A stretch of 64,000 nt of DNA from Phoronis australis (taxonomy: Eukaryota > Animalia > Phoronida), in NCBI GenBank assembly GCA_002633005.1, contig NMRA01000046.1, forward strand, positions 932,144 to 996,143. The letters are read 5' to 3'. The notes under the pieces were generated by a model. That model did no database searches, was not told the DNA's origin, and saw only the letters and a list, made by a program, of their open reading frames with translations. Below are positions 1 through 30,369 of this stretch, one piece after another (positions within the stretch are counted from its first letter, which is position 1; each line of letters begins with the position of its first letter). A program made the position numbers and the translations under genes.

Positions 1-899
1 ACTATCCATTCATGAAACGGGTAGCATAGAATCGGCAAGAAATGAATATTGGCACTAATTTCCGACAGTTTCTTATATTATAAAAAATGTTTGCGTTATT
101 TTAGAATGAATTGTTTGATTAACCATAATTGGTGTTTTTAAGCCAAATTTCCGATAAAATAACCACTGACAGTGAATGCTTACACACCGTTATACCGAAA
201 GATAACTGTCAGATAGTCACGTACGTATCCAGCCACACAGCGACTAATATGGCCTTACCGAGACTAATGTCGAACGTTTTTAGCACATGAGACTGGCAAG
301 TGCTGAATGAAATACGCTCTGGTTTAGGCCTACTGCTTGTGCAAATTTCTTTAGACACAATGCACATTTAGCTCGTTAGATTGTGTGGCCTCTGGCCAAA
401 AGACGGTCTCTGCTCTGGCAAATGAATTCTGGTGACACGCACGCGCTTGCTTACTCACAAACGCAGACAACTTCAAAACAAACGTCACGTGACAGCATGT
501 GTGTTCGTCCAGACATTTTTCTCATGTTGCTGATCATACATGTATATGGCACAATATCAGCACAGATTTGTACTTAAACCTGCCGTGATCCCGACTTCAC
601 GGGAACTTAAAAATCTTAGGGACGCCAAACTTGGAAAACTTAAGGAGGATTTCAGGTAATTTGCTTGAGTCAAAACTGTATTTTTATTCTAGCATTCAAG
701 TTGCCACATTGACGATTGCGAGGCAGGTAGTCGACGAGTTTTCGCCCTGGGATTTCAGCACAATTTTCTGTAAAATGATCGTAATTTAGCAGCAAAGTTT
801 GATAGCAGTGCACCACGTTTTTGTAGAAAGTCTTTCATAGATTACAGATACGTCACAGAGCGTAAATATAATGAATCTTAGCTTCCGATTTCACCAGTT

Positions 900-997
900 T
901 CGGAGATCAGGTTTCAATGGCCTTGGGTTATGATAAGCGCCCCCCCTGAAACGAACTTTTCTAAGCGCCCTGGGCGGTTATTATGGTAAATATGGTA
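900..997. mobile_element. Probable right end of a Tc1/mariner-type non-autonomous element (left end not seen, possibly outside the window)
   Basis: Repeated TAAGCGCCC subterminal motif ending ..GGTAAATATGGTA, a typical (TA)CCGTA-type terminus; upstream sequence is CpG-rich. Confidence 0.4.
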
Positions 998-1269
998 GCA
1001 TAAACTAATAGCTGTTGTAGCTCTAAGTCAATTGGGACTGTTTTTATGGTGTTATATATTTATTGAAGAATACACAGAACATACAAAGTAATAATGACAA
1101 GCTCAGAAATTGTGAAGCATTGTTATTATCTGGGTTGTAGACAATCCACAGATGAAAGTATTATACATAGAGGTATATACATGTAAGTAGTATGTAATAA
1201 AAGTATTCCAATATTTAGATATGCTATTACGAACGTATAAAAACAAAAACATGTATAGATACATGTATG

Positions 1270-3840
1270 GAAATCAGAAGCAACAATATTTATAAGCGAT
1301 ACATAAAAATTTGCTAACGTTGCTTAAGAGGAATTCATTGAGAACAAAGTCAGGGCTCGACGCTATTAAAATCGCCAGGTCGCAATTTGCAATCTAGCCA
1401 ATATCCCAGGTCGCATTTTCAAAATCCAGCTCGCATTCATAAATGCCAGGTCGCAAAATTTTCTTGCCATTTTTACGCGCCAAAATTGACTTTTTAGATA
1501 ATTGAGAAATGTTTATATTAATAATATGCGTTAAACACTCACAAATTGCAGTTCGTTTATGCAGGTACTGCGTTACTGTTCTTCACGACCGCCATTGAAA
1601 GAATCTAGAGCGCACAGCAAGTTGTCGACGTGAAAGTTGAGTCAGTGCTCTCTAACTGAAATGTGCATTCGTGTAGCTAAGTTTTCAATGTAAAAAGGGA
1701 GAAAATGCCTGTTGAAAAAGTATCCACCATTTTGTTAGTTCTCACCTGCTACTGGGTGTCATCAAAGTTGTTAAAGATCCACAAACTAACTCGGAGTGCT
1801 AATTCCCTCCACTTTTTGTTCGCAGCCCAAATTTTACAACTTAACTCGACGTTTGAAAAACATCTGTCAAAAAACAATCCGTGAAACGGTGCCCTAACCG
1901 AATGACGTATTTGGATGCGTGGGAACAATTCAGTGCATATTTCACAACAAAAATGTGACACTTATGCTGTGTACGTACTCAACAATTAGTTTTCCATGAA
2001 ATGAATAGCTTTTTTTATTTGAAATAATTCCCGATTCCGTGCGGGTTTCCATCGGTTAACTCGAGTTTGCTCCTCAATACCTTCCAAGTGCGGGAAAAAT
2101 AGGTCAGTCACAAAACGACACGCATGTCACTAGTGTTAAATTTCTTTCGGAGGCATGAAACAAAGCCGGGAATTGGTTTTTACATATTGAGAAAAGACGC
2201 TTTTTGAATTTGTTGTGTAAAATGAGAGTGACACTCTATACAGGCTGCGTGTCACTTTTAAACCACGCGCGGTCATTTGTAGTACGCTGTGATGAGCGCT
2301 AGCCTGAAATGTGGGCCCTTAATTGGAAATTCTCAAAAGTTGAGGGGGAACACTTAGTAGGTCAGTGAGCGCTTATTATGAAACACTTCAAAGGTAGGGA
2401 GTAGACTTGTGCTTGATCACAGTCGTTAGCCTCTAGTACCCGGTTAGTTGCAATAGCTGGCTACGGGAATAGAATATAGAGAAAATCGACCTCGGAGAGC
2501 ATCGCATGCTCGCACCCAAGGGGTTCGGGGGGGCTCGAAGGAGGCCCCCCCTTTGGCGAAGTGGGCACAAAGATCCGCCTGTGAGAAACAAAATGTCCGA
2601 GAAAATGAGACAAAAGTCCGCTAAACAAATACAAACACGCAATTCAGAGCGGTGCGTCCGCTCTTTTTAGTCCGCCGGCTGTTTTGTTACCAAAAGGTCC
2701 ACAACATTAGGAATACGAGCCCCCCATATTGAAGGCTGGGTGCGCGCATGCATCGTCACAGGAAAATATCAATTCTGGGTTATATCGATTCCCGGGAATG
2801 TCGTAAAGCATCGGGTTTTTTTATAACCGCCGGGAATCTGTGAGTTCATATTCAATTAAACCACTGGCACGTACGCGGGTGCTTAACAGAGCCAAGCCGG
2901 TATACCCTTTCATTTGGGACTGTCACTGTTCTCTTTTGATGTGCAGCTTGGAAGTGGTGCGCACGCGCGAGTTCACGCACTTGAATCGCTGGAGTAGGCC
3001 TACACTTTACGTTGGCAACAACGTGTGAATGACAAATCATATTTCGCGCACGTAGCCCGAGAAACAAATAAAGGGGTTAGAGAACTTCTAGGCATCTGAA
3101 AGTAAAGACGTGGCCGTCGTTTGGCGATTAATAGAGTTGACGTTTTCACTTTGGCTGTCTTCTGCGATAAAAAAACGAGACGCACATCTCTAAGTCACGA
3201 CCAGTGCCACAGTGCGATATCAGGGATATATTGTCGTGGATATTTGGTACATGTAATAAGGACATCTTACGCAAAAAATAAACATATTTCTCCATCACAA
3301 AGTTTGGTAAGTTGATCACTTAATAATAGAAACATCGCTGTTTTTGTGACGTTTTCTCACGTGTTATGCAGTGGCCCGAAACTTTCTTCGACGAATCCGA
3401 AAATTTACAAACGTAGCCGAAAATGCTAGCCAATGAAACGCGTCAAAGATCTATTTTGCATATCCCATGTTCACGCGGCTTGTTTACAAGTTGTCGGGAG
3501 GGTTGTTCTCGCTTAGTGTTCTTTTGAACTTGGATTTGGCAACAACCAAATAACGGTCAGATTCACAAGAGTTGCTTTATATTCGCCAGGTATCTGTCGA
3601 GAAGTGTAAAAACTCAGCTCGCATACGTTGAAAATTCCAGGTCGCATCTTGCGAGTTGATACGAGCTGACAAAAATCTCAGCTCGCATTTCCAAATTTCA
3701 GGTCGCAAATGCGACCTCCAGCTCGTTATGTCGAGCCCTGAAAGTCAAAGTTAGGACTACCATTCAATAATAATGTTACTTTAGTAGGGATATTATTACA
3801 AGAATTGAGAGCTTTTACAAGTGATTGGTTTTCATTGAGT
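1270..3840 (-). pseudogene. Degenerate LINE ORF2 C-terminal remnant interrupted by the 1351-3740 transposon
   Basis: Removing the transposon plus one TSD restores a minus-strand open frame LNENQSLVKALNSCNNIPTKVTLLLNGSPNFDFVLNEFLLSNVSKFLCIAYK, resembling CR1/L2-group ORF2 tails (LL.G....N..L..V..F). Confidence 0.45.
1351..3740. mobile_element. Non-autonomous DNA transposon (about 2.39 kb), hAT-like termini, 5-bp TSD
   Basis: TIR CAGGGCTCGAC (1351) / GTCGAGCCCTG (ends 3740); TSD AAAGT at 1346-1350 and 3741-3745; subterminal CCAGGTCGCA/CAGCTCGCA repeats at both ends; CpG-rich; no transposase ORF. Confidence 0.85.
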
Positions 3841-4881
3841 GCACAAACTGTCTACCTCAGGTGGTGACATTCTGCTGTCTGTCTACATATACGAACTTCA
3901 ATTTGCAAAAACTTTAATGACAATTTTTGTCACTGTCATTTGCTTATAGTTGAATCTTATTTTACTAACGGATGGAATTCAAAATAGAAAAATTGACTAA
4001 AAACTAAAACTGAATAGCCATTTCCCAGTATAACAAGAACATGTTTATTTAGAAATAAGCTGTGTCTGTTACAAGCTTTTGGAAGAAGATTATTTGGACA
4101 AGTACTCTGAGTTACAGTTCAGGTTTGCCTTGGATGAAGGTTTACTGCAGTTTCAGGTTTTTTTAATAATTCTCAATCATCACTATTTTGACAGCCAATT
4201 TTCTCTAATAACATTGCTATTGAATGCAAGACTGGCTTCTGCTAATTCTAGTGCCCTGAGTCCTCTTGCAAGTTGGGAACAACACACACTCATGTGTTGG
4301 CACACTGTGCACTAACTGACCAACGCACATTGCAATAATGAAAAGAACGTATACATGGAATGCAGAAATAAATGTAAGAGTTTGTAATGTTGTTTTGAAC
4401 TTATGAGAGGACTGGGAAGAAGTCAGAATCAAGAGGATCCAGTATATGTTCAATAGTTGTGTCTTGCATTGAGAGATCATCTCTCTTTCAAGTCACCAAA
4501 AGTCTGATATTGAAACATGTCCATTAGTGAATTGTCTTTTCAACTACACTTAGTGATTCACTCTGACTTAATTCACTTTGAGTTTTCGGAACACTAAAGT
4601 TTTTTTTGTTGGATGTTTGCTTTCCCACTTTCTGGAGAATAATATTACTAAAGCCCTGTTTCTGAGTAAATAAAATTACATGACAATTTCTGATGCCTCC
4701 AGAAAGTAACTGAATATAGTGACATCAGTTTGTTGAGGCTGGCTTGAATGTCAGACTGAAATTGTGAAGTGTATATCGTTTAATGCGTCGTCATGAATTT
4801 AAAGGCGAGTGTTGATTGGCTGAACAATAATTTAACTCAAGTCATATATGGTATCCATTGTGTAACATTTATATTTTCAAG

Positions 4882-22328
<17,447 letters not shown>

Positions 22329-22502
22329 CCTCGGACTCCACGTAGTACTGGTCGTGGAGGGAGAGGGTCTTTTAAACTTCTTGTTGTCTTTCTAGTCAAC
22401 TTGTCTCTATATTTATCAAATTTTAACACTACATTCCTCTTGGATTGTTCACAAATGGAATCAATTTTGAATGTCAGTCTGAATTGATACCAGTTTGTGG
22501 TT

Positions 22503-22508
22503 TTTAAT
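22503..22508 (-). terminator. Candidate COQ7 polyadenylation signal ATTAAA
   Basis: TTTAAT on the + strand, about 170 nt downstream of the COQ7 stop. Confidence 0.35.
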
Positions 22509-22643
22509 AATAATTATATTTACAATATGACTTGAGATAATCCCACTTGAAGTGTCATTAAATTGAATATCTGTACAGTTGAACTAGCTTTAAAGTGAAC
22601 CAGTTTCAAGTTGAACAACTACTGAGAAGCATTCTCTGTCCAT

Positions 22644-22649
22644 AATAAA
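22644..22649 (+). terminator. Candidate PCYT2 polyadenylation signal AATAAA
   Basis: First canonical AATAAA after the stop at 22328 (an ATTAAA also occurs at about 22558). Confidence 0.45.
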
Positions 22650-22678
22650 TAAGTCCAAGGCCCGGCTAAACACTTCTT

Positions 22679-25600
22679 CTATATTCTCTCTGACAACCAG
22701 ATGGCAGCCTTACAGCCAATTTTTATGGCTTGAGACATTGACTTGTAAAATGGAGCCTAGAAATACAAAGAAATTATTACTAATTTACAATGCGGTACTT
22801 TTTAATGAAATACGTGAGTGGGTGTAACTTAGGTTTTGGTAATGGAACATATTTGGAAATGTAGTGATTTTACGAGATTTATTTTTGAAAAGTAGTAAGT
22901 GCTGCATGAAATTCTTTGTTAAAAATAACTTGCCATCTCAAACTGTTGGACAGATTAGAGGTGATTTTGAGCTTAATAGGGAAAACAACAATAAACAATA
23001 CAGCATTCACATGCCGTGGGATTGGAAGACAGATGGGAAATCTGATCTGCAGTCTGAAAACATTTTCACATGCAAATTCACACCAGACATCTGAGCAGCC
23101 TTCTTATCATCAGACTCCAAATTGGACAGCTGCCACATGAAGCCTACATTCCAATAACGTTATATGTGGTTAGATTCTGCATGTGATTAGCCAGAATAAA
23201 AACAATTTGTTAATTACTTCTATGTTAATTTTTCAAAAGACAGCAGATAGGATGCCTTTGTGAACCCTCATTTTAAATGTGTAATCTGCATTGGGATCAG
23301 ATGTCTTATCTACTTCTGAACGCCGTTTTAGTCTGCTTGGCGTATCTTGTCATTTATGTACAGAAAGCATTATGGCTAATTTACCAACAACCTCACACAG
23401 CCTTCTGTCATAGCACCTGCCAGGGTGGCCAGCCATATTGCTTTCTGCACACAAGATGACTCTCACAAAGTCAACGTATTGAGCAGTATTACATGTCACT
23501 TTTCCCCGAGCCCTGAAATCTTGTAATTCAAGTGAGAACAAGTTGAGACTAATTTTAGACCAATAGATGGTCTGAATCAAAAGCTACGTTTTCATAAAAA
23601 GCGTGTACATAGCTGCATCATAGAGTGAATGTGAGTGAATGAATTCATTAAGTTGAAACACATTCTAGATTACAACTACAGTGTCAGCAACTCACAGCAG
23701 TTATGTTAAGTAAGAAGCTAATGACTTTAATAATAGGTTAAAAGGTAATCTACTCTACTGGTTGTGTGACAAAAAATATTTAGTACCAGCATTATAGAAT
23801 ATGGCAGTTGAGTAGAATATGTGCAAGCCATACAGTATGATAGCCTCGATAAATATTCTATGCAATGCACGATTGGTCATGTTTTACTGTGGTTTCTTCA
23901 AATATTTATCAACTCGGAGCAAAGAAAATACAGGGTGTAATAACTCACTTGTTCAGCATTGTGCTCTATACCAGTGTCCAGGTGTTCCAACTCTTCATCT
24001 CGAAACTGACGAATGGTCTGCAAAGGAATTAAACGAAGTCAATGTTGAAAAAGAAGATCCACAACAGGAAACTTGATGGATTTTCAAAAACGCACATTTG
24101 GGTATTTTTGTGTGTAAATTGCTTGTGATGAATCATTGGATGCAAGTTTGAAGGGTAATAAAGTGGTCTACTTACTACCAACGTTTCTTATGTGCAGCTG
24201 GTCAGACTTTGCATATACTTACACAAAAAAGAAATTTGAAGTCAAGCTTACAACACAGTGCTGGAACAGAAACTATAGATGCCCACTCTTTAACAGAATC
24301 CAGGCATACGGGACAAATTCAATGAATGGGGTAGTGTCTGTATGGACATACACAACACTTGATCTCAAAGCCAACATGACCTGAAAGCTTTCGTACACTA
24401 CCTGCATGAGTTCGTGGTGTTTTTCAGGGTCATCCTTCATAAGAGCTCTCAACTGGCTGAAAAGGACAAAATATTAGGCAACTTGGGTATCGGAACGAAG
24501 CTCGTTCTAAGGTAACATTACGAAGATGCAGTTACATGCAGTAAGTGCTACTTCAATATCAATTCTATTCAGAGTGGTGAACAATTTTGTCGCGTCTTCA
24601 TCACCCGCGTACAGTGCAGCAACTACAGACTGAACTGTTCAAGCTGACGACATGTCTTGTCTCGAATCTCACACCATGAACTTAGTAATGATAACGCACT
24701 CAAGTCAAGTGTTCCTTTTTTCCTCTTCTAAGTATGGCCAGTCCACAAACATTCTAAAACCCTAAGAGATTTAACTTGCTATTCTATTCTGATGAACTAA
24801 TAAAAGATTCCTGTGTCCTAATCTGGTGCTTATTTTGACTGTTAATTTATAAGTTAGGCAGAGTTAGTGAACTGGTATCAGAATCGAAATGCACAAAATT
24901 TGGCAATAGTGAACTGATATCAGGATCAAAATACACAAAATTTGACAATAGCTCAAAGTGCAGTAAAACTACAGTCCTAATCACCCAATGAACACATTCA
25001 AGTGGTCGTGTGGAAATTTGATTCCATACAGGTAATCGTGCCTGGACTAGAAAGAACAGGTCTCTCTTTTTTATTAATTTTAATAATATATACAGAGGAT
25101 CCCTTATTTTTTAAAGCAATCAAAGTGAATATGCAGTCTCCAATAGGGTGGATCTGGATAGATGACTTTGTCCTGGAGGTATGAAAACACGTAGTTACGT
25201 TAGCGTATTGTGAAAATATTTCCGATTTTAACCCTTTGAAAGCACTACAAGAAACACTTGCCAGAGAATTCAGTGTATTGGACAGAGGTAGCTTTTGAAA
25301 TCCAGTCGTCCGACAATCACAGTGAAAGTTTGAAACAAAGACATACTGTAACTTACAGTGGTTGCTTATGGAAAATTGTAGTTTTGCCTCACTTTGGAAG
25401 GAAAGAATCGGTTGTTCTTACAACTTAAAATGTCTACCTATATTATAGACTGGAGATGTCTTTTTACATTTACTGATTAAATATGTGGTCAGAAAAGCAA
25501 AGAACGAAACATCACGCATCCACAGATACTTTAAAGTTTGTCCAAATTTCTATTGTCCAAGTAGCAGCCCACAGTGCAGTAAAACTTTGCTCTCATTGGA

Positions 25601-28442
25601 ATGTCGAATACAGTCAATGCAGTGGAGGAAAACTTGAAAAAACCAAAGCACCAACAAATAATATGACAAACTTCAACGGTGCAAAAATGAGACAAGAGAA
25701 CTGGTTGAAGGACGTTGTAGCATTGTTAATAAATACTCTGTGTAATCCTGGACTGTCCTATTGGCAGCACATTGATACACTATAATGAATACTAGGTGTT
25801 CATGGGCACTAAAGAAGGGACACTTTCTCTTTACTCACCATGTAAAGCTCTAATTGTAAACCAGGTTAATTAACCATATAAAATATGACTTGAACCGTCC
25901 AAAACCAGTGCCTTGTTCCCCTTAAGGACAAGAGCAACGCAGAGCACTGAAATGCACCCAAATGGTGTTGCTTCTAGGGGTGTTTTGTCACAAAAAGGGC
26001 CACTAGATGGCACAGAATACATTGAACTCATCCAAAAATGAGAAGCTATTGTCTCTCAAAACAAGTTGCCAAAGTTCATGAAAATCAGTTTCTATAGTTC
26101 AGTAGTAGCCCTTTGTTTACACAAACTTCATTAAAGACACGACTAGACTTTTTGTCAGCGAGCTCGATACTGGTACATTAGTAACTTCGGAACAGTCTCC
26201 TTTCTTCAGGTGTGCAGGTATGAAGTAAAATACCGAGAGACATAACGAACAACCATATAAAAACAGTAGCTACATTTCGTGACTTCATGTCATACCATCA
26301 GGAATGAGTGGAATGAACATAAACATAGCGAAATAAACAGTGAAATACACGTAACAGTGTGAAGAGAGGCATACAAGCAGAGAGTGTGAATGCAACACAT
26401 GGTAGGAAGCCCGCAACCCTATCGAAACAGAGCCAATGTGTGACACACACCTGTGAGATGTTCATTCAACACAGGTTTTTCGTGATTGATCAATAGCGAT
26501 TCCAAAATCTTTAGCCGAAATGGCATTTTCAACATATTGTCTACTATTTCTTGCCTAGTTATTTTTCGGCCATGTTGGTGTACAAAGTGATCTTGAATGG
26601 ACCCCCCTGCAAGTGCATGGACAACCATTGCGAGAGAGAACACACCGTGTGTCCAATGTAACGCTGTTCATGAGAATGTCTGTGCTTTCTCATGAGGGAA
26701 TTCCCTCCCTGCCACCAGTTGTTGGTACCTGTCTAATGTAGCCATGTGTATTTGAGCTCATTTAAAGGTGTTGTCTCAATGCTAAGACCACCCCGACCCA
26801 GATTTGGACTGACCTCAGGAGGGGGTGCTGAGATGTGAATCAAGGACTTCATGAATGACTTCTCACATAATCAACCCTGAACTCAGTTGCTAGGTACTAA
26901 TCCATGTCCTGTTATCCACAGAGGTTGTAAGGCATGGCTATGGGAAGTGTGAACTTTCACAATATAAAACCTGATACCCAATGTGTTTGAAAAAATTCAA
27001 ACCTTGAGGGGAATTTTGGGGGCTTGTTAGGGTAATTCAATGATTTTCACAAAGGAATGATGCCGATGTTTGACCGTAAAATCGAAGCAACAAGGGCCTG
27101 AAACCATATTTATCTCTTAACACACCACTGGCTAGTAAATACTAAGTGTCAATTTTACAAAAACTTTGACAAGGTTGGCCAACCCTTCCAAGCTTGGATT
27201 ACTTTGAACTTGGTTGACATTTTTAGTCAGTTTCCTGATTTCCATATTTAGGTTGTATGTAGCAAGAAAATGCTCTTTAAACATATAGTACAACATTGTT
27301 AGACGACGTATATATACCTATACATACTTGTCATAGTGTTCACCTATAGTCTCCTCTACAGCTACTGTGCATGCCATGGCTGCTTCTTTACCAAGCAATG
27401 CTGTGCCAGCACCTTGGGGAAAATAATGCAATTACACAATTACAACAGCAGTAGCAACAGCTGACATGGAAAGACATTTGAATCCAGTTAAGCTAAGAAA
27501 TATTAATAAACCATTTAGTAGGAAATAATGTTAAATGCAGCACCTTGTAGAATCTTGTGATCACATGCAAAAATGTATATCTTTGAAGTTTTAAAGCCTC
27601 CGTCTTTAAAAAGATAATTCGAGACAAAACGATTTAGTTCTTCAGAACTCAGCGTATTGGTGATTAATGAACAATGAGTTATTAAGGTATTGTTGGAAAA
27701 CTAAGACCATACGGCTGAACACCGTGATGAGTATTTTATGGCATCGTTCTTCTTACCCAGTGCAAAGCCTGCAATATTCCAAAGTGGTGTTAATACAGTT
27801 GGCCGAACTCTGTGTTCTGGGATAAGTTTTTCAAAAGTAGCCAGGTGGTGTTTTTCCTGCTCTTGCATATGCTGAAACGTTGAACAAAGCCTAGTGACGC
27901 ACAGAATATTGTACTCGTCTGGGTTAAAGCCCAGGGCGCTCAAATTGGGATACAAAAAATCGGGAGATGAGCATTCACTCTAACAATGAATGCCATGACC
28001 ACTTCTGCAATCAAGTACAACATTATAATGCACATGACACAAAAGAGCCAGACAAGAAGTAATCGTTAAGATACTTTCGAACCCTTAAAGGGTTTTGGAG
28101 ATACAAATAAGAGATAATGGCATATACGTGGCAATTATTTCTATTCCAAATTGGAAATCTTTAAAGGAGATAATCAGGTAAAAATTCAATTACCACATCT
28201 TAAATATAATTAATTGAAATGAAAAAAAGCCCTTACATCAATACCTTTATTGTTTTTCCAACTGATGTGTTGCCTAACACAGCCAATTGACCTTGGTAGA
28301 TTTTGTCAGCTCCAAGTTCTCCCGCATGATCAACTCTAATGATACGATCCAGGAGTGTCTGGGTTTTCTTTTGTGAAGCCTTGCTAGTCACCCCTCGGAA
28401 GCCGAGCCTTACGTTACAAAGAACATGTCTTGATGAATGCAT
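22679..28442 (-). CDS. COQ7: 5-demethoxyubiquinone hydroxylase (COQ7/clk-1), mitochondrial di-iron enzyme; true start codon uncertain
   Basis: Minus-strand exons: 28460-28245 (first in-frame Met 28442; [27 protein letters not shown]), 27871-27757 ([25 protein letters not shown]), 27412-27328 ([26 protein letters not shown]), 24456-24402 ([12 protein letters not shown]), 24017-23949 ([12 protein letters not shown]), 22756-22679 ([12 protein letters not shown]). All internal junctions are GT-AG and in phase. Confidence 0.96.
25928..26100 (-). mobile_element. 3' fragment of the same family, reverse orientation
   Basis: ACAAGAGCAACG.. and GGCCACTAGATGGCAC are reverse complements of the family 3' end and internal motif. 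Confidence 0.55.
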
Positions 28443-28940
28443 TTCTGAGACCAGATTTAACTGAAAGTGCAAAAGAAACATGTTTAAAGTGTTTTGTTTA
28501 CGATCAAGTTGAGGATTGTTTCTATACTAACAAAAGCAAAGGAAAATGTGCTGATTCAGTGACATATTTTGGATTGTCAAAAATTACCCACAGCACTGCA
28601 CTTCATATTTAGATCATCCCTAATCAGAGTGTTAGACTTCAATAATAAACAATAAACTAAGGTCAGAACAGCATAGTTAGTTGGCTCTGGTCTGTACCGC
28701 AACTCACGTTGAGACGTGATCACACAAACTTATACATGATTGGATGTGTTAAAATTTTTATGTAAGTTTTGTTGCGAAAAGGCAGTAAATAGTTGCGGCA
28801 AATTGAAAAAAGCAAACTTTGCATAAATTGACAAATTCTTACCCACAATGTTCACGGGATGTGTTTTGATGTTCAATTATACAGTGCAGCTAGTTGGCTG
28901 ACTAGGAATTAAGCATACCGGTATATGGACTACAATAGAT

Positions 28941-29070
28941 TTGTAGATGTGCTTCTAGTGAATAAACCTCAGTTAGTTACACGTTAATGGACAATTGGCT
29001 ATTAGTTGAATGGTTAGCACGCTTGCCAGTTTTATCAGGGTTGCTGGTTCGATTCCCGGGGGTATCTCGG
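28941..29070 (+). repeat. tRNA-derived repeat, copy 1
   Basis: A-box-like TAGTTGAATGG and B-box GGTTCGATTCC; homologous to 29270-29405 and to 31463-31606 (minus). Confidence 0.55.
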
Positions 29071-29269
29071 CATTTGTTAGAATTGGCATAGTCGGCGAAC
29101 GGATGACCTACCGATAAAGCACTGCCAGCTAATACTTGCGGACCCTAGACGACGTGCATGATGTGATAATGGTAAAAATTCCATGAGTCAAGCACCTGTA
29201 TAAAAAACAACATTGTATTCACCTTCCTGGTGGTGCACATGTTCCATAGGAAGGGGAGAATGTTGTATA

Positions 29270-29405
29270 CATATGTGCTTCCACAAGGAGCATCCGTTAG
29301 CCACTCACTAATGGGCAACTGCCTATTAGCTAAATAGCAAGTTAGCATGCTTGCTGGTTTTATCCAAGTCGCTAGTTTGATTCCTGTGTTGGCTGATCTC
29401 GCCAA
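29270..29405 (+). repeat. tRNA-derived repeat, copy 2 (diverged)
   Basis: CTAATGGGCAACTGCCTATTAGCT..GTCGCTAGTTTGATTCC aligns with the other two copies. Confidence 0.5.
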
Positions 29406-30369
29406 TTACCTATTAACCAAACTTTAAGGCAGCTATAAACCTGAGACAGCACCATCATATCTACTGGCCCCAGTAGAGACAATGGCCATCCCATAAGGCT
29501 GCCATGCACTGGAAGATTTTGGTGATTTATGCATCACACTGATTAGACAATCAAAGGCATGGTGCAAAAGTACCTTTAGCGCACAGATTCAGTTGCTCAA
29601 ATCGGATTTTGGCCATTTTTACACTTCTCAAACCAAGAAGGATGACGCCGTGCCCCCTTACGCCTAGATATAATGCTTTCTAACCTTTTCTGGGATGAAC
29701 TCGTATTATTGTACATTGTATTTTTCGTAATAAACAATAAAAAAGAGATTGGGTCTCCGGCAATTACAAACTTTTAGTTGAATAATGTACAGTTACCTTT
29801 CAGAGTCATGAAGTTCATGGAAACCCCTAGCCTTTGGTCTCATCTTGAGACCTTCGTAGGGTATAATGGCAGGTAACTGGAGCGCCATCCGTATCTGTTA
29901 CGTCATCGTTGTCAGGTGTCATGCGATGTGACCCGTCAGATTTTCGAGAATAAATTCTGGTAGATGGTGGGAAGATCGTAGCCCGAGTCTCTATTGAGTG
30001 ATGGATCTTCCTGCCATCTACCAGAACTTAGTCCCGACGTTTTTTCAAATATATGTTTTATCTAGTGCACTGCAGACAGCAACTCAGCGCGGCAGACCAC
30101 GTCGCTAAAAGTGGAGGCATTGAAGCCAGCGGGGTTCTTAAACTTTGCGAACATGGGAAGAAAATAAAGTGACAAAACGTTCAAGTATTATATTTTGAAG
30201 TAAATCCATGACCCGAGACAAGAATTCGTTACTTGTACTATTAATTCACATTGCCAAACCGCCGGCTCGGAGGCCCTCATTGCACTCTAGTTGTGATCAT
30301 CGATCTAAAAGTCGGGCAATCGCGCGTTTGCGTAGCACTGGGCGCTAAATCTTCAATCTTTAAAAGTCG

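Noticed and set aside
383-3315. Short ORFs in the first 3.3 kb as genes
   Set aside because: They lie inside non-autonomous transposon sequence and have no recognisable motifs or splice-consistent structure.
4851-4881. GTATCCATTG just upstream of the first PCYT2 exon, resembling a U12 donor
   Set aside because: Only 31 nt from the acceptor, with no upstream exon in frame and no convincing U12 branch site; likely coincidence.
24950-25640. Weak similarity between about 24950-25020 and about 25565-25640 (GTGCAGTAAAACT)
   Set aside because: Too short and diverged to define an element.
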